The notes: generated by a model not told the origin, from the sequence alone. A stretch of 64,000 bases of DNA from an uncultured Solibacteraceae bacterium (GCA_964654065.1 CAZZHN010000005.1:3909-67908); one strand, 5' to 3'. Shown: positions 9,060-18,659, numbered from the stretch's first letter. Numbers and translations are program-made.

Positions 9060-11387
9060 TCACCGGTAAAGCAGATACTTTTCCCGCGACTGCACGAAGT
9101 CGGCCACTGCGTCCGTGAAGCTTTGCTGGATGGTCCGCGCCTCCTCGCCGGCGGCCAGGCGGTGGATGACATCGTCGCTGCCGATCAGGCCGCCGCAAAC
9201 ACGGAAGTCGATCTTGCCTGGATAGAATTTCTCCAGCCCCGCGGCAAGTTCCAGTCCGAGCCGTGTGGAATCGAGCAGCTCGCGATTCGTCACCACGAAT
9301 CGCACGCCTTCAATGCGAACCCCGCGGAAGTTCGAATCCGCCGGCGTGAAGCTGGTGGGATAGGCGCGCACGCCGGGGATCTGGCGCGAGTTTAGCCACG
9401 CCGCCAGCTCGCGGCCGCCGATGAAATCCGCGCCCACCTGTTCGAATGGCGAATCCGTGCCGCGGCCCACCGAATAGTTCTTCGCCGCTTCCAGCAAAGC
9501 GACGCCCGGGTAAAGCGCGGCGGCGTTCAGGCTGCGCATATTGGGCGATGGAGTGATCCAGGGCAGGTTGGTGAAGTCGAACCAGTCGCCGCGCCGCCAG
9601 TCGTCCAGCGGTATCACCGTCAATGCCGCGCCAATCTTCTTTTCGCCGTTCACGAAGCGCGCCAACTCTCCCATCGTCAGCCCGTGACGGACCGGCAGGC
9701 CGGGCACATACCCGACGAACGAAGTGTGGCTGGCGTCCAGCAGTGGCCCTTCGACGTGCGTTCCCGTGATGGGGTTAGGCCGGTCCAGCACGTAGAACGG
9801 AATGCCGGCTTTGGCGGCGGCCTCCAGGGCGTAAAAGAGGGTCGTTTCGTAGGTCCAGAACCGCGCGCCGATATCCTGTGCATCGAAAACCAGCGCATCG
9901 ATGCCGCGCAGCATTTCCGGCGTCGGACGCTGGGTGGCGCCGTAGAGGCTCAATATGCGGATGCCGGTGAGGGGGTCTGTCGCGCCGCCGATGTTGGCCT
10001 GGTCCGCGCTGCCGCCGAAGCCATGCTCGGGAGAGAACAGCGCAGCCACGGTGACGCCCGCCTGCCGCATCAGATCGACATTGCGGCGGCCCAGCCGGTC
10101 CACGCCGGTCTGATTGGTGATCAGGCCCACGCGCTTTCCCTGCAGCGGCTGAAAATTCTGCTCGGCCAGCACATCGAGCCCGCTGCGGGTGGAGGCATTG
10201 CGCGCCACCTCGCGATGCACGCCAGCGCCTGTGAACGTTTCGCTGTAGCCGGTGAGTGTCAGCCCGCGCGTTTGAATCCCGACCGCCGCGGCGGTGATGG
10301 TGGCGACCTTCGATCGAAGCGCGGTGAGCGAGGGATGCCCGGCCGGATGCACGCTGTTGGCGAGGAGAATGACGTACGTCTGGCTGGCTGGATCGATCCA
10401 CAGAGAGGTGCCGGTGAAACCCGTGTGGCCGAACGAGCCGACAGGGAACAACTCGCCGCGGTTTCCGGAGTATGGCGAATCGATGTCCCAGCCGAGGCCG
10501 CGCAGAATCGGCTGATCGGGCGGCGACTGTGGTTCGGTGAATTTCTGGATGGTGGCCGCGCTGACGATGCGCACGCCGTCCAGTTCGCCGCCGTTGAGAA
10601 TCATCTGCGCGAAGCGAGCCAGGTCCTGGGTAGTCGAAAAGACGCCGGCGTGACCGGCCACGCCGCCCATGTTGCGGGCCGTGGGATCATGCACCACGCC
10701 GCGCAGCGGCAGGCCGTCCTTGGCCACGCGCTCGGTGGGCGCGATGCGCGGCACCAGTGCGGCCGGCGGCTGGAACATTGTATCCTTCATGCCCAGCGGG
10801 ACGAAGATATGGTCGCGCGCGTAATCGGAGAGCATCTGGCCGCTCAACCGGTGCACCAGCTCGCCGAGGAGGATAAAGTTGATATCGCTGTAAACGAAGC
10901 GCGCGCCGGGCGGCCCATCCGGGGGATCCGTGCAGGCGAGTTGGATGCCGGCCTGATAGCCGCTCCAGGGTGTGGAGAGCGGCACGTCGGGCTTGAGGCC
11001 GGAGAAATGCGTGAACAGGTTGCGCAGCGTGATGCCGCTGTTGCCGCCTTGAAACTCCGGGATGTAATCCGTGACCTTGTCATTCAGCCGGAACTTACCC
11101 TGCTCGAACAACTGCATCAGAGCGGTGGTGGTGGCGATCACTTTGGTGAGCGAGGCGAGGTCGAAAACGGTATCGGCCGTCATCGTTTCCGCTGCCGGAA
11201 CCGTGGCGCGCCTGCCGTAGGCCTTCGTGTAGATGGTCTGCCCGTCGTGGCCGATCAGAAGCACCGCGCCGGGCATCCGTCCCTGAGTGATGGCTTCGTC
11301 AATCGCCTTATCGATCGCCGGCCCGCCGGAAAAGTTCTGCGCCGCCAGCGCGGCGGCCGCCAGCGCCAGCCAGAGAAGGAGCTTCAT
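9060..11387 (-). CDS. Fusion protein: beta-lactamase-fold serine hydrolase (N) + DUF1343 / NamZ-type exo-beta-N-acetylmuramidase (C)
   Basis: Signal peptide. S-x-x-K motif in FDLASLTKVIATT and YSDINF (Y-x-N) in the N-terminal half. The C-terminal half (GLITNQTGVD...FSPEHGF...LVFDAQDIGARFWTY...LDRPNP) matches DUF1343. Confidence 0.8.
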   Translation of the reverse strand: MKLLLWLALAAAALAAQNFSGGPAIDKAIDEAITQGRMPGAVLLIGHDGQTIYTKAYGRRATVPAAETMTADTVFDLASLTKVIATTTALMQLFEQGKFRLNDKVTDYIPEFQGGNSGITLRNLFTHFSGLKPDVPLSTPWSGYQAGIQLACTDPPDGPPGARFVYSDINFILLGELVHRLSGQMLSDYARDHIFVPLGMKDTMFQPPAALVPRIAPTERVAKDGLPLRGVVHDPTARNMGGVAGHAGVFSTTQDLARFAQMILNGGELDGVRIVSAATIQKFTEPQSPPDQPILRGLGWDIDSPYSGNRGELFPVGSFGHTGFTGTSLWIDPASQTYVILLANSVHPAGHPSLTALRSKVATITAAAVGIQTRGLTLTGYSETFTGAGVHREVARNASTRSGLDVLAEQNFQPLQGKRVGLITNQTGVDRLGRRNVDLMRQAGVTVAALFSPEHGFGGSADQANIGGATDPLTGIRILSLYGATQRPTPEMLRGIDALVFDAQDIGARFWTYETTLFYALEAAAKAGIPFYVLDRPNPITGTHVEGPLLDASHTSFVGYVPGLPVRHGLTMGELARFVNGEKKIGAALTVIPLDDWRRGDWFDFTNLPWITPSPNMRSLNAAALYPGVALLEAAKNYSVGRGTDSPFEQVGADFIGGRELAAWLNSRQIPGVRAYPTSFTPADSNFRGVRIEGVRFVVTNRELLDSTRLGLELAAGLEKFYPGKIDFRVCGGLIGSDDVIHRLAAGEEARTIQQSFTDAVADFVQSREKYLLYR

Positions 11388-11526
11388 CAGCCTCTATAAT
11401 AGCGGCGAAAGGAACCAGGCCGTCCTGTGGGGCAAACCCCAGGTCTGCGGCCGACGCCTTCGTCGGCCTGGTTCTTGTGTTGGGATTTCAGGCCGCGAAT
11501 GAGCCGGACCAGCGGCCAAAGCGCGG

Positions 11527-13644
11527 CTAATTCGTTTTCACAGACTGTAGCTTGCCGATCATGGTGTCGGCCCACTGGGCATCGGAGGCGTCATAGCCCA
11601 GCTGCGTCAAGCGCCAGACGCCCTTTGGGTCCAGAATCCAGTTCTGCGGAATGGCCACCGAATCGAGCAGCGACAGCACGAAGCTGTAAGCCGGCAGCAC
11701 AGGGAAGGTGAAGCCCTTGTCCTTCATAAAGGGGGCAACCAGGCCAAGATCCTCGTCGATGTTGAGCGTGACGATCTGGAGATCCGGCTTGTCTTTCACC
11801 GACTGGTAAAGCTTATCGAGCTTGGGCAGCTCCGCATTACAGGGCCCGCACCAGGTGGCCCAGACGTTGATCAGCACGGATTTCCCTTCGAGGTTTTTCA
11901 CGCGCCAGATCTTCCCCGAAAGGTCTGCGAGCTCGAAGGGCGGCATCGTCTTGGTGGCCTTCTCCCAGCGGCCTTCCGCCAACTCCTGCGGTTTGCCGGC
12001 GGGCGGCGTCTTCCAGACATTCCAGGCAACCTCGGTGCCGCCCGACTCCTTCCATACCGCGGCGGCCTCATCCATGAGATCGTCCTTTACGCGCCCATGG
12101 TAGGGGCCGGGAGTGGTCTGGCGCGTGTAAAGCGCCTGCTGATAAAAGGTGAGCGCGTCGGCTTTGCGGCCCTCTACGGCGGCCAGGCGGGCCCGATTCA
12201 GCCAGTAGCCCGACTCCACTTTCACGTCGCCCGGCACGGCACCTTCGATCGTCGCTTTCAGCGCCTCGGCTTCGGCCGGCTTGCCGGCCAACCTGGCCGC
12301 GCGCAGCGCCATTCCCACCAGGGACTGGTCCATTAAAGCCTCCTGCTGCTGGTTGTCTTTGAGGTCATCGGCGCTAAGATTGTCGGACCGTTCCAGTTCG
12401 CGCTCGATCACGACCCACTTCCTGGCCTGCCCCGTCAACTCCAGGGCGCGCTCCGGCTCCCATTTGTGGTCGAGCAGGAAAGTCGCCGCTCGCAGATAGT
12501 CCCAGGCTCCGGGCTGATTGTAGACCGTGGATTCGGTCAGGTAGTCATCCAGCGCGCGCAAACCGTCTTTCTGCGAGATGTCCGGATCGTCGTAAATTGT
12601 GTTGAACCAGGCAATGTGGACGATGTACCGGTCGTCGGTGAATTGGGCAATCCAATCCCGGTAAGCGGCGTATCGTTCGGCATTGTATGCCTTCCACGCG
12701 GCGGCATCTTTCTGGTCTTCAGGCTCCTTGTGCGCCTTCTTCCACCGGTCGTACGCGATGCCGGCCGCCTCTTCGGAATGCGGGAATCCCTGGGTGATGT
12801 GGTTCTCGATGGCGGTAACCGTTTCTGCAGGCGCGCCGCTCTGCTTGTAGCCGTCCTTGAGGAAGGCCAGCCACCGCGCGTCTGGTTTCGGGTTCATTGG
12901 TTCGAGCCGCTTCAGGTCCTCAGCGACCTGCTTACGCAATGCGTCGTGTTCCTGCGGCGGGCGGCTGCGGAACTCCAGGCCCCACAGTACCGCGTAATCC
13001 CGCAGCCGCCTCGGCTCAGTCTCATCGGCAAGACGCGCGCGCAAGGCCGCGGCCACTTTCGCCTGCAATTCGACGCCACCAGCGCGGCTCAGGTTCCGTT
13101 GCGCCCCAGGGTCGGTAGACGACGGGCACGCAGTGAAGAACGCCGTGATTTCCGCGGACGCTTTCTTCTTGTCCGCCAGCTTGCCCGTGGAATAAATGTC
13201 GGTGAGTGCAAGGGCAGGCCAGGCGAAGCCCGGCGCCTTGGCCGCGGCTTGTTCCAGCAAGTGAATGCTGCGCGGCGTATCGGTGTCGTTGAGCACCAGG
13301 GCTGCCAGATAGAGGGCTAGCGCATCATCCGGGTGCTGGTCGGCCTGCTTGACGTATTGCTCTGTCAGGGTTGGGTAACGCTCAAAATCCTCCCAGCGCG
13401 TAAATTGGATCATCTGGCGGTAGGGAGCCAGTTCGCGTGGATACCGCGCAATCAGATCGCCGAGCACCTGGCCCTTGACCGCCACCTGGTCTACGAACTT
13501 TATGTCCTGGAGGGCCTTGCCGGATAGCTTCTCGTGGATGACGCCCTGCACCTCGGGAAGGGTCTCGCAACCCGGAAGCGAGCCCGGTTGCGCCTGCAGC
13601 ACAGGAAAGCCGGTAAGCATGAAAATAGCGGCCAGAGTGCGCAC
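11527..13644 (-). CDS. Secreted protein with long helical (TPR-like) N-terminal region and C-terminal TlpA-like thioredoxin domain
   Basis: Signal peptide. C-terminal redoxin motif VLINVWATWCGPCNAELPKL. 705 aa. Confidence 0.75.
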   Translation of the reverse strand: MRTLAAIFMLTGFPVLQAQPGSLPGCETLPEVQGVIHEKLSGKALQDIKFVDQVAVKGQVLGDLIARYPRELAPYRQMIQFTRWEDFERYPTLTEQYVKQADQHPDDALALYLAALVLNDTDTPRSIHLLEQAAAKAPGFAWPALALTDIYSTGKLADKKKASAEITAFFTACPSSTDPGAQRNLSRAGGVELQAKVAAALRARLADETEPRRLRDYAVLWGLEFRSRPPQEHDALRKQVAEDLKRLEPMNPKPDARWLAFLKDGYKQSGAPAETVTAIENHITQGFPHSEEAAGIAYDRWKKAHKEPEDQKDAAAWKAYNAERYAAYRDWIAQFTDDRYIVHIAWFNTIYDDPDISQKDGLRALDDYLTESTVYNQPGAWDYLRAATFLLDHKWEPERALELTGQARKWVVIERELERSDNLSADDLKDNQQQEALMDQSLVGMALRAARLAGKPAEAEALKATIEGAVPGDVKVESGYWLNRARLAAVEGRKADALTFYQQALYTRQTTPGPYHGRVKDDLMDEAAAVWKESGGTEVAWNVWKTPPAGKPQELAEGRWEKATKTMPPFELADLSGKIWRVKNLEGKSVLINVWATWCGPCNAELPKLDKLYQSVKDKPDLQIVTLNIDEDLGLVAPFMKDKGFTFPVLPAYSFVLSLLDSVAIPQNWILDPKGVWRLTQLGYDASDAQWADTMIGKLQSVKTN

Positions 13645-13768
13645 GGGGAAACCTCCTATTGGGTAAGTCTACACTGGCCGTCGAAAGCTCGCCCGGAGCG
13701 GCCGCATAATAAAGTGTTAAAACTTGCGATTGCTCGGCGCAGGGAAGTGGCGATCGCGCCGCGGTCCG

Positions 13769-13790
13769 GCGCGGACGAGGGCGTCCGCGC
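13769..13790 (-). terminator. GC-rich hairpin just downstream of the isomerase gene stop (no U-run)
   Basis: 9-bp perfect stem GCGCGGACG/CGTCCGCGC with a 4-nt loop, 8 nt after the stop at 13798. Confidence 0.3.
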
Positions 13791-13797
13791 ATAAGTT

Positions 13798-14655
13798 TCA
13801 ATACTGGAGCTTGGACAGGTACCCGAAGCTTTGGCGCAGGCTTTCCACTGGGTCGCCGGGGGTCTGATCCTGCTCGACAAAATAGTGCTGGACGCCAGCC
13901 GCTGCGGCGGCGCGCAAGATGGCCGGCCAGTCCAGCACCCCGCTGCCAACTTCTTTGAACGCGGCGCGGTCCACCGATTCCTTAAACATCACCGGCGTGC
14001 CCGGCGCCTTGTCCTTCAGGTGCACCAGCGGCACGCGGCCGGTAAGCTTCTGCAGCAGCGCCGCCGGATCTCGACCAGCGACGCTCACCCAGAAGCAATC
14101 CATTTCAAAGCCGCAGAGCTTCGGGTCCAGGCGGTCGATCATCACCTCAAACCCTGTGGTGCCCTCCATCGGCTCGAATTCGAATGCGTGGTTGTGATAA
14201 CAGAAGCCAATGCCGGCGGCGCGGCACTTCTCGCCGGCCCGGTTCAGCTTGTCGGCGAGGGCGCGGATTTTGTCCAACCCGCCGCGTTCGGCTGGAGGCA
14301 GGTAGGGAAAGACGGCGTAGCCGATGCCCCAAGCCTTCACCTGATCGATGGCCCGCGCCAGATCGTCCTCCTTTCCGGCATTCATCAGAGTGTTGTCCAG
14401 ATGAACGCTCACCGCCTTCAAGTGAGTGGCCTGGATGTGCGGCCAGAGCCCGTCGAGACCGCCGTACGTCGGCTCGATCTCGCGGTAGCCGATGGCCTCG
14501 ATGGCGCGCAGCGTCTCAGCGGGCTTTTGCGGCAGCACCGTCCGAACCGTATAGAGCTGCACGCCCACGGCCTGGAGTTGCCGCGCCGCCAGCCGGGTGG
14601 CGGGCAGTGCCGCGATCAGCGATATGGACTTGAGTAGTTCTCGCCGGGTGGACAT
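13798..14655 (-). CDS. Sugar phosphate isomerase/epimerase (xylose-isomerase-like TIM barrel), Tat-exported
   Basis: Start at ATG 14655 gives MSTRRELLKSISLIAALPATRLAA (twin-Arg signal). TIM-barrel family pattern (GYREIE...HNHAFEF...VHLKD). Confidence 0.75.
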   Translation of the reverse strand: MSTRRELLKSISLIAALPATRLAARQLQAVGVQLYTVRTVLPQKPAETLRAIEAIGYREIEPTYGGLDGLWPHIQATHLKAVSVHLDNTLMNAGKEDDLARAIDQVKAWGIGYAVFPYLPPAERGGLDKIRALADKLNRAGEKCRAAGIGFCYHNHAFEFEPMEGTTGFEVMIDRLDPKLCGFEMDCFWVSVAGRDPAALLQKLTGRVPLVHLKDKAPGTPVMFKESVDRAAFKEVGSGVLDWPAILRAAAAAGVQHYFVEQDQTPGDPVESLRQSFGYLSKLQY

Positions 14656-14746
14656 AGGGACATTGTATGCGTTAGCGGAGACGAGCTCATGGGGCAGGTT
14701 GGTAGCCTGCGGGCCGATTGCCAACCGGCCGCAGGCGGCGTGCGGT

Positions 14747-17425
14747 TTACTCATTTCGCAAGGCGACGGCGGGCTCAACCGCCGCTGCGCGCAGGGCGGG
14801 GCGGAATGCGGCCAGCGCGGCGGCAGCCAGGAGTGCGGCCAGCGGCAAAGCCAGGCTCCAGAAGTCGCCCGGCTTCACCTCGTAAAGCAGTTTCTCCACG
14901 GGGTGAGCCAGCAGCCGGCCGAGCAGAAGACCGGCCATCAGGCCCGCGGCGGCGACGGCGACAATCTCGCGAATCACCAGCCGGACGACCGACGCCTGCC
15001 TGGCGCCGAGCGCCATACGGATGCCGATCTCCTTGGTCCGCCGCACCACCGAGTAGCTGAGCACGCCGTACAGACCTACGCCCGCCAGCGCCAGCGCCGC
15101 CAGCGCGAAGAAGCCGGCCAGCAACGCCAGCAAGCGCTCGCGCACCAGCGCGTCATCCACCAGCGTGGATTGCAGAGTCACGCTGGTGGCGCGCGCGGAA
15201 TGGCCGAAGCTGCGGATTTGCTGCCGCACCAGCGGCACTACTCTCCAGGGATCGCCCTCCGGGCGCACCGCCAGCGTTCCGTAAGGCCAGCGCACCGGCT
15301 CGAACACGGTGAGCGGAGCCGGATCGCGGACACTCTGCAACCGAACATCCTTGACCACGCCAATGATGTCCTGCGGGATGTTCGGCGTGCCATTGGGAGT
15401 CGCGAAGCGCTTGCCCAGTGCATCTTCGCCGGGGTAGTAATGGCGCGCGAACGCCTGGTTCACCACCACCGCGGAGGACGTTGGAGTGACATCGGATGGC
15501 GCGAAGGACCGGCCTTCGAGAAGCCGCACGCCCATGGTTTCGAAGAACCCCGGCGAGATGGGGATGTAGTTGACCTCTGTGCTGTCTGGCGCACGGCCGG
15601 GGATGCGTACTTCCTGTGTCATCCAGGAGTGCGAGAAGAATCCGAACTCGCACAGCGCGGCATTCCGCACGCCGGGAAGCTCGCGGATACGGTCGAGCAG
15701 CTGCAAAGCTGCGATCTGGGCACCCGGCCTCTTCATCGCCGCGAATGGGTCAGGCTCCGAGGAAGCCAGGTCGATGAGGATGGGCCCGTTCCGGTCAAAG
15801 CCCAGATCGACGTGCGTCAGCTGGCGGAACGACTGCAGCAGCAGGCCGCTCACGAACAGCACAACGAAGCTGAATGCGATTTGAGCCGCCACCATGGGCT
15901 TGAGCGCATCGGTCCGGGCCGATTGCTTGCTGCCGCCGGATTTGAGTGCCTCGTGCGGCGAAAGGCCGGACGCGCGCAGGGCCGGCAACAGGGCGAAAAG
16001 GAGCGTGGCTGTTGTGCACGCCACCAGTAGAAACGCCAGCATGCGCCAATCCGGCCGGAGATCGAGGTATGCCTGGCTACCCGACGTGCCCAGCAGGCCG
16101 ACGATGGAAGGCGCGGCAATCGCCGCGAACAGCGCCGCCAGCAGGGTCGCCATGCCGGCCAGCATCGCGCCTTCCACCAGCAGCTGGCGAATCAGGCGGC
16201 CGCGGCCGGCGCCGATGGAGATCCGCAGCGCCATCTCCCGCTCGCGCGCCATCGCCCGTGCCGTGAAGAGGTTCGCCAGGTTGGAGCAGGCGATCAGCAG
16301 GAGCAGGCCGGCTACGGTCGCCAGGATCCACAGCGGCCGCGCGAACGTTTCCCGCAAGCGAGACGGGCCGTTTGGGGCGGGCTGCACGTGCAGGCGGCCG
16401 CGCAGGAAGCGATCGATCACAGTGCGTGGCTGGTCCGACCGGAAGTCCGCGAGGCGCTCGCGGAGGAAGTTGGTATAGACCCCTTGCAAAACCGGGCGGA
16501 CCGCTTCTACCGTGGCGCCCGGTTTCAACGTTCCCAGGACGCTAAACCAGAAGTTGTTCGGGCTGGCAAAGACTTTTGCGTTCGGATACATCATTGCCGG
16601 CGCCCAGAGGTCGGTGCCGATGCCCGGCTCGACACCCGTAAAACCCTTCTCGGTCACACCGACGATCTGAAACTGCCGAGTTCCCATGGTGAACCACTGT
16701 CCCAACACCGAAGGGCTGCCGCCGAAACGCCGCAGCCAGAGGTTGTAGCTGGCCACGGCCACCGGGTGCGCGCCGGGGTGGATATCGTCGCCCGGCATCA
16801 GGATGCGGCCCAATGCCGGCCGGATGCCGAGAGCCGGCAAAGCGTTGCCCGAAGTGTACTGCAGCCGGACCTTCTCCTCTCGCCCCTTGCTGAACACAAC
16901 CGTCCGCGGAGACTGGCCGCTGATGACGAACAGATCCAGTTTCCCGCGCGCGGCTTCGCGGCAGCGCTCGAAGAGGGGATAGTTGAAGCTGTCGTTTTCG
17001 GCTTCTTCGCTTTCGTCCCGGGTGGTCAGCTGGATCAGCCTCTCGGGTTGGTACACCGGCAGCGGCCGGAGGAGCAGGGCGTCGACCAGCGCGAAGGCAG
17101 CCGTTGAGGCGCCGATCGCCAGCGCCAGCGACGCCAGTGCTGCCATGGTCACGGCGCTGTCCTTGCGCAGCATGCGGGAGCCGAAGCGCGCGTCCTTGAG
17201 CAGCGATTCCAGCCACGGGGTCAGCCTCGCATCGTGACTGGTCTCGCGGGTGTGCAACTCATTGCCCAGCCGGGGCCGCGCCGCGCGGGCGGCCTCGTCT
17301 GGATTCGTGCCGCGGCGGACAGCTTCCTGAGCGCGAGCCTCGAGATGAAAGTGAAGCTCCTCTTCGAGTTCTGCGTCCAGCCGGTCGGGCCGGAAGGCGT
17401 TCGTCAATCGCGATAGCCAGGACAT
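14747..17425 (-). CDS. ADOP-family duplicated FtsX/MacB-type permease (copy 1)
   Basis: Start ATG 17425 preceded by GGGAGG. The N-terminus MSWLSRLTNAFRPDRLDAELEEELHFHLE is typical of the family. Two MacB_PCD + FtsX halves. 892 aa. No ATPase partner adjacent. Confidence 0.85.
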   Translation of the reverse strand: MSWLSRLTNAFRPDRLDAELEEELHFHLEARAQEAVRRGTNPDEAARAARPRLGNELHTRETSHDARLTPWLESLLKDARFGSRMLRKDSAVTMAALASLALAIGASTAAFALVDALLLRPLPVYQPERLIQLTTRDESEEAENDSFNYPLFERCREAARGKLDLFVISGQSPRTVVFSKGREEKVRLQYTSGNALPALGIRPALGRILMPGDDIHPGAHPVAVASYNLWLRRFGGSPSVLGQWFTMGTRQFQIVGVTEKGFTGVEPGIGTDLWAPAMMYPNAKVFASPNNFWFSVLGTLKPGATVEAVRPVLQGVYTNFLRERLADFRSDQPRTVIDRFLRGRLHVQPAPNGPSRLRETFARPLWILATVAGLLLLIACSNLANLFTARAMAREREMALRISIGAGRGRLIRQLLVEGAMLAGMATLLAALFAAIAAPSIVGLLGTSGSQAYLDLRPDWRMLAFLLVACTTATLLFALLPALRASGLSPHEALKSGGSKQSARTDALKPMVAAQIAFSFVVLFVSGLLLQSFRQLTHVDLGFDRNGPILIDLASSEPDPFAAMKRPGAQIAALQLLDRIRELPGVRNAALCEFGFFSHSWMTQEVRIPGRAPDSTEVNYIPISPGFFETMGVRLLEGRSFAPSDVTPTSSAVVVNQAFARHYYPGEDALGKRFATPNGTPNIPQDIIGVVKDVRLQSVRDPAPLTVFEPVRWPYGTLAVRPEGDPWRVVPLVRQQIRSFGHSARATSVTLQSTLVDDALVRERLLALLAGFFALAALALAGVGLYGVLSYSVVRRTKEIGIRMALGARQASVVRLVIREIVAVAAAGLMAGLLLGRLLAHPVEKLLYEVKPGDFWSLALPLAALLAAAALAAFRPALRAAAVEPAVALRNE

Positions 17426-17460
17426 GAGTTCCTCCCGTGAGACAAAGACCGTATTTCCGC

Positions 17461-18213
17461 TCAGCCCGGCGGCTGGCCGGCCGGGTCGAAGTGTTTGCTG
17501 GTGACGACGATCCGGCCGGCGCTCAGTCGAAACTTTACGTCCACCGATCCGCCGCTCGGGCAGCAGTTGGCATCCCCGGTCTTCCAGACCGATGAGTGAT
17601 ATGTCAACGATTCCAGATCCAGACCGCCGCCCTTCCAAACGCCGTAACCGTCCGGCAACACCGACTGGACCGCTTCGTGGATGGGGCCGGGGTCGATCCG
17701 AACCGCGCCGTCTGGTTGGAACCAGAAATAATCTTCGTAAAAGTGGTTGCCGGTGCCGGGGATCTGATCGCGCGTCACCAGGATTTCCTCGGCGCCGGCT
17801 TTCGAGAAGATTGACGGCTTGATCTCCGCGGCGGTTGGCTGCAGGTGATAAATCTCGCGGAACTGTCCCGGCGAGACCTCAACCAGAATCGACTTCCAGT
17901 CGATCTCGCCGGTGTCGACATGGTCGTCAAAGCGATAGAACAGATCGTAGATCGCGAACCTGTGCAGATCGCCGATTTTCTTGAGCTCGGTGCGGAACCT
18001 GTGACGGGTATGCACGGTGGCCTTGTCCGCCGGAGTGCAGGAGGTGCAGAAGTCGTCCCCGTCGTCCCGCAGGAAAGGATCGCGCGTGAAATACGCCAGC
18101 GAGTGAGGCGCCGGCGTGTCGAATGAATCGCCCTTGGGAGTGAAGACATGCCGCTGCCAGTCTGCCGCGTTTGCGGAAAGGGCTGCGAGGAAGCAGGGAA
18201 TGAGAAACTTCAT
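17461..18213 (-). CDS. Secreted hypothetical protein (250 aa) inserted between padR and the ADOP permease
   Basis: Signal peptide MKFLIPCFLAALSANA. No motif I recognise. Co-oriented with 51-nt and 35-nt gaps to its neighbours. Confidence 0.6.
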   Translation of the reverse strand: MKFLIPCFLAALSANAADWQRHVFTPKGDSFDTPAPHSLAYFTRDPFLRDDGDDFCTSCTPADKATVHTRHRFRTELKKIGDLHRFAIYDLFYRFDDHVDTGEIDWKSILVEVSPGQFREIYHLQPTAAEIKPSIFSKAGAEEILVTRDQIPGTGNHFYEDYFWFQPDGAVRIDPGPIHEAVQSVLPDGYGVWKGGGLDLESLTYHSSVWKTGDANCCPSGGSVDVKFRLSAGRIVVTSKHFDPAGQPPG

Positions 18214-18264
18214 ATGGCCACGCCGAATCGGGCTTGTATCCTGTTGGCCTCCGGCCGCCGGCGC

Positions 18265-18594
18265 CTAAGCGCGCTCCAGGACAATGTCGATCGCCGCCGT
18301 GATCGAGCGCCAGCGGCTTTCTTCGCCTTCCAGTTGCTTACGCCCGGCGGCGGTGATCTCATATGCCCGCGCGCGGCGATTGCTTTGCGTGGTGGCCCAC
18401 TTCGCCTTGATCCAGCCGGCTTCCTCCATGCGATGCAGCGCAGGATAGAGCGAGCCTTCTTCCACCCGCAGAATGTCTTCCGACATGGCCTCGATCTGGA
18501 CGGCAATGCCGTAGCCGTGGAGCGGCCCGCGACGGGCGAGAATTTTCAGTACCAGCAGCGGGAGCGACCCCTGTAATGCGTCCTGGCGCGCCAT
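18265..18594 (-). CDS. PadR-family transcriptional regulator (copy 1)
   Basis: LLVLKILARRGPLHGYGI...EGSLYPALHRMEEAGWI...RRARAYEITAAGR. 109 aa. Confidence 0.9.
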   Translation of the reverse strand: MARQDALQGSLPLLVLKILARRGPLHGYGIAVQIEAMSEDILRVEEGSLYPALHRMEEAGWIKAKWATTQSNRRARAYEITAAGRKQLEGEESRWRSITAAIDIVLERA

Positions 18595-18609
18595 ACCGAG
18601 ACTCCTTAC

Positions 18610-18621
18610 TAAGATAACTTA
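18610..18621. promoter_or_regulatory. Near-palindrome TAAGATAACTTA abutting the -10 of the padR-1 promoter (candidate operator)
   Basis: 5 of 6 symmetric pairs. It lies between the -10 and the AGGAG RBS. Confidence 0.3.
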
Positions 18622-18649
18622 TTATGGAGAGAAGTGGTGACGTTGTCAA
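18621..18649 (-). promoter_or_regulatory. Sigma70-type promoter of padR-1 operon: TTGACA-17 nt-CATAAT
   Basis: Minus strand reads TTGACA (18649-18644), a 17-nt spacer, CATAAT (18626-18621), then AGGAG and ATG at 18594. Confidence 0.5.
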
Positions 18650-18659
18650 GAATGCAGCT

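Noticed and set aside
17426-17638. N-terminal extensions of ORF-track models. These are ADOP-1 to 17638, ADOP-2 to 62481, pirin to 49563, ABC ATPase from 5559, isomerase to 14778, Gfo/Idh/MocA from 43430, SBBP from 51622, TPR to 57392 and alpha/beta hydrolase from 23425.
   Set aside because: Internal ATG/GTG starts preceded by GGAGG-type RBS give family-typical N-termini or signal peptides. The extensions overlap neighbouring genes or intergenic repeats.
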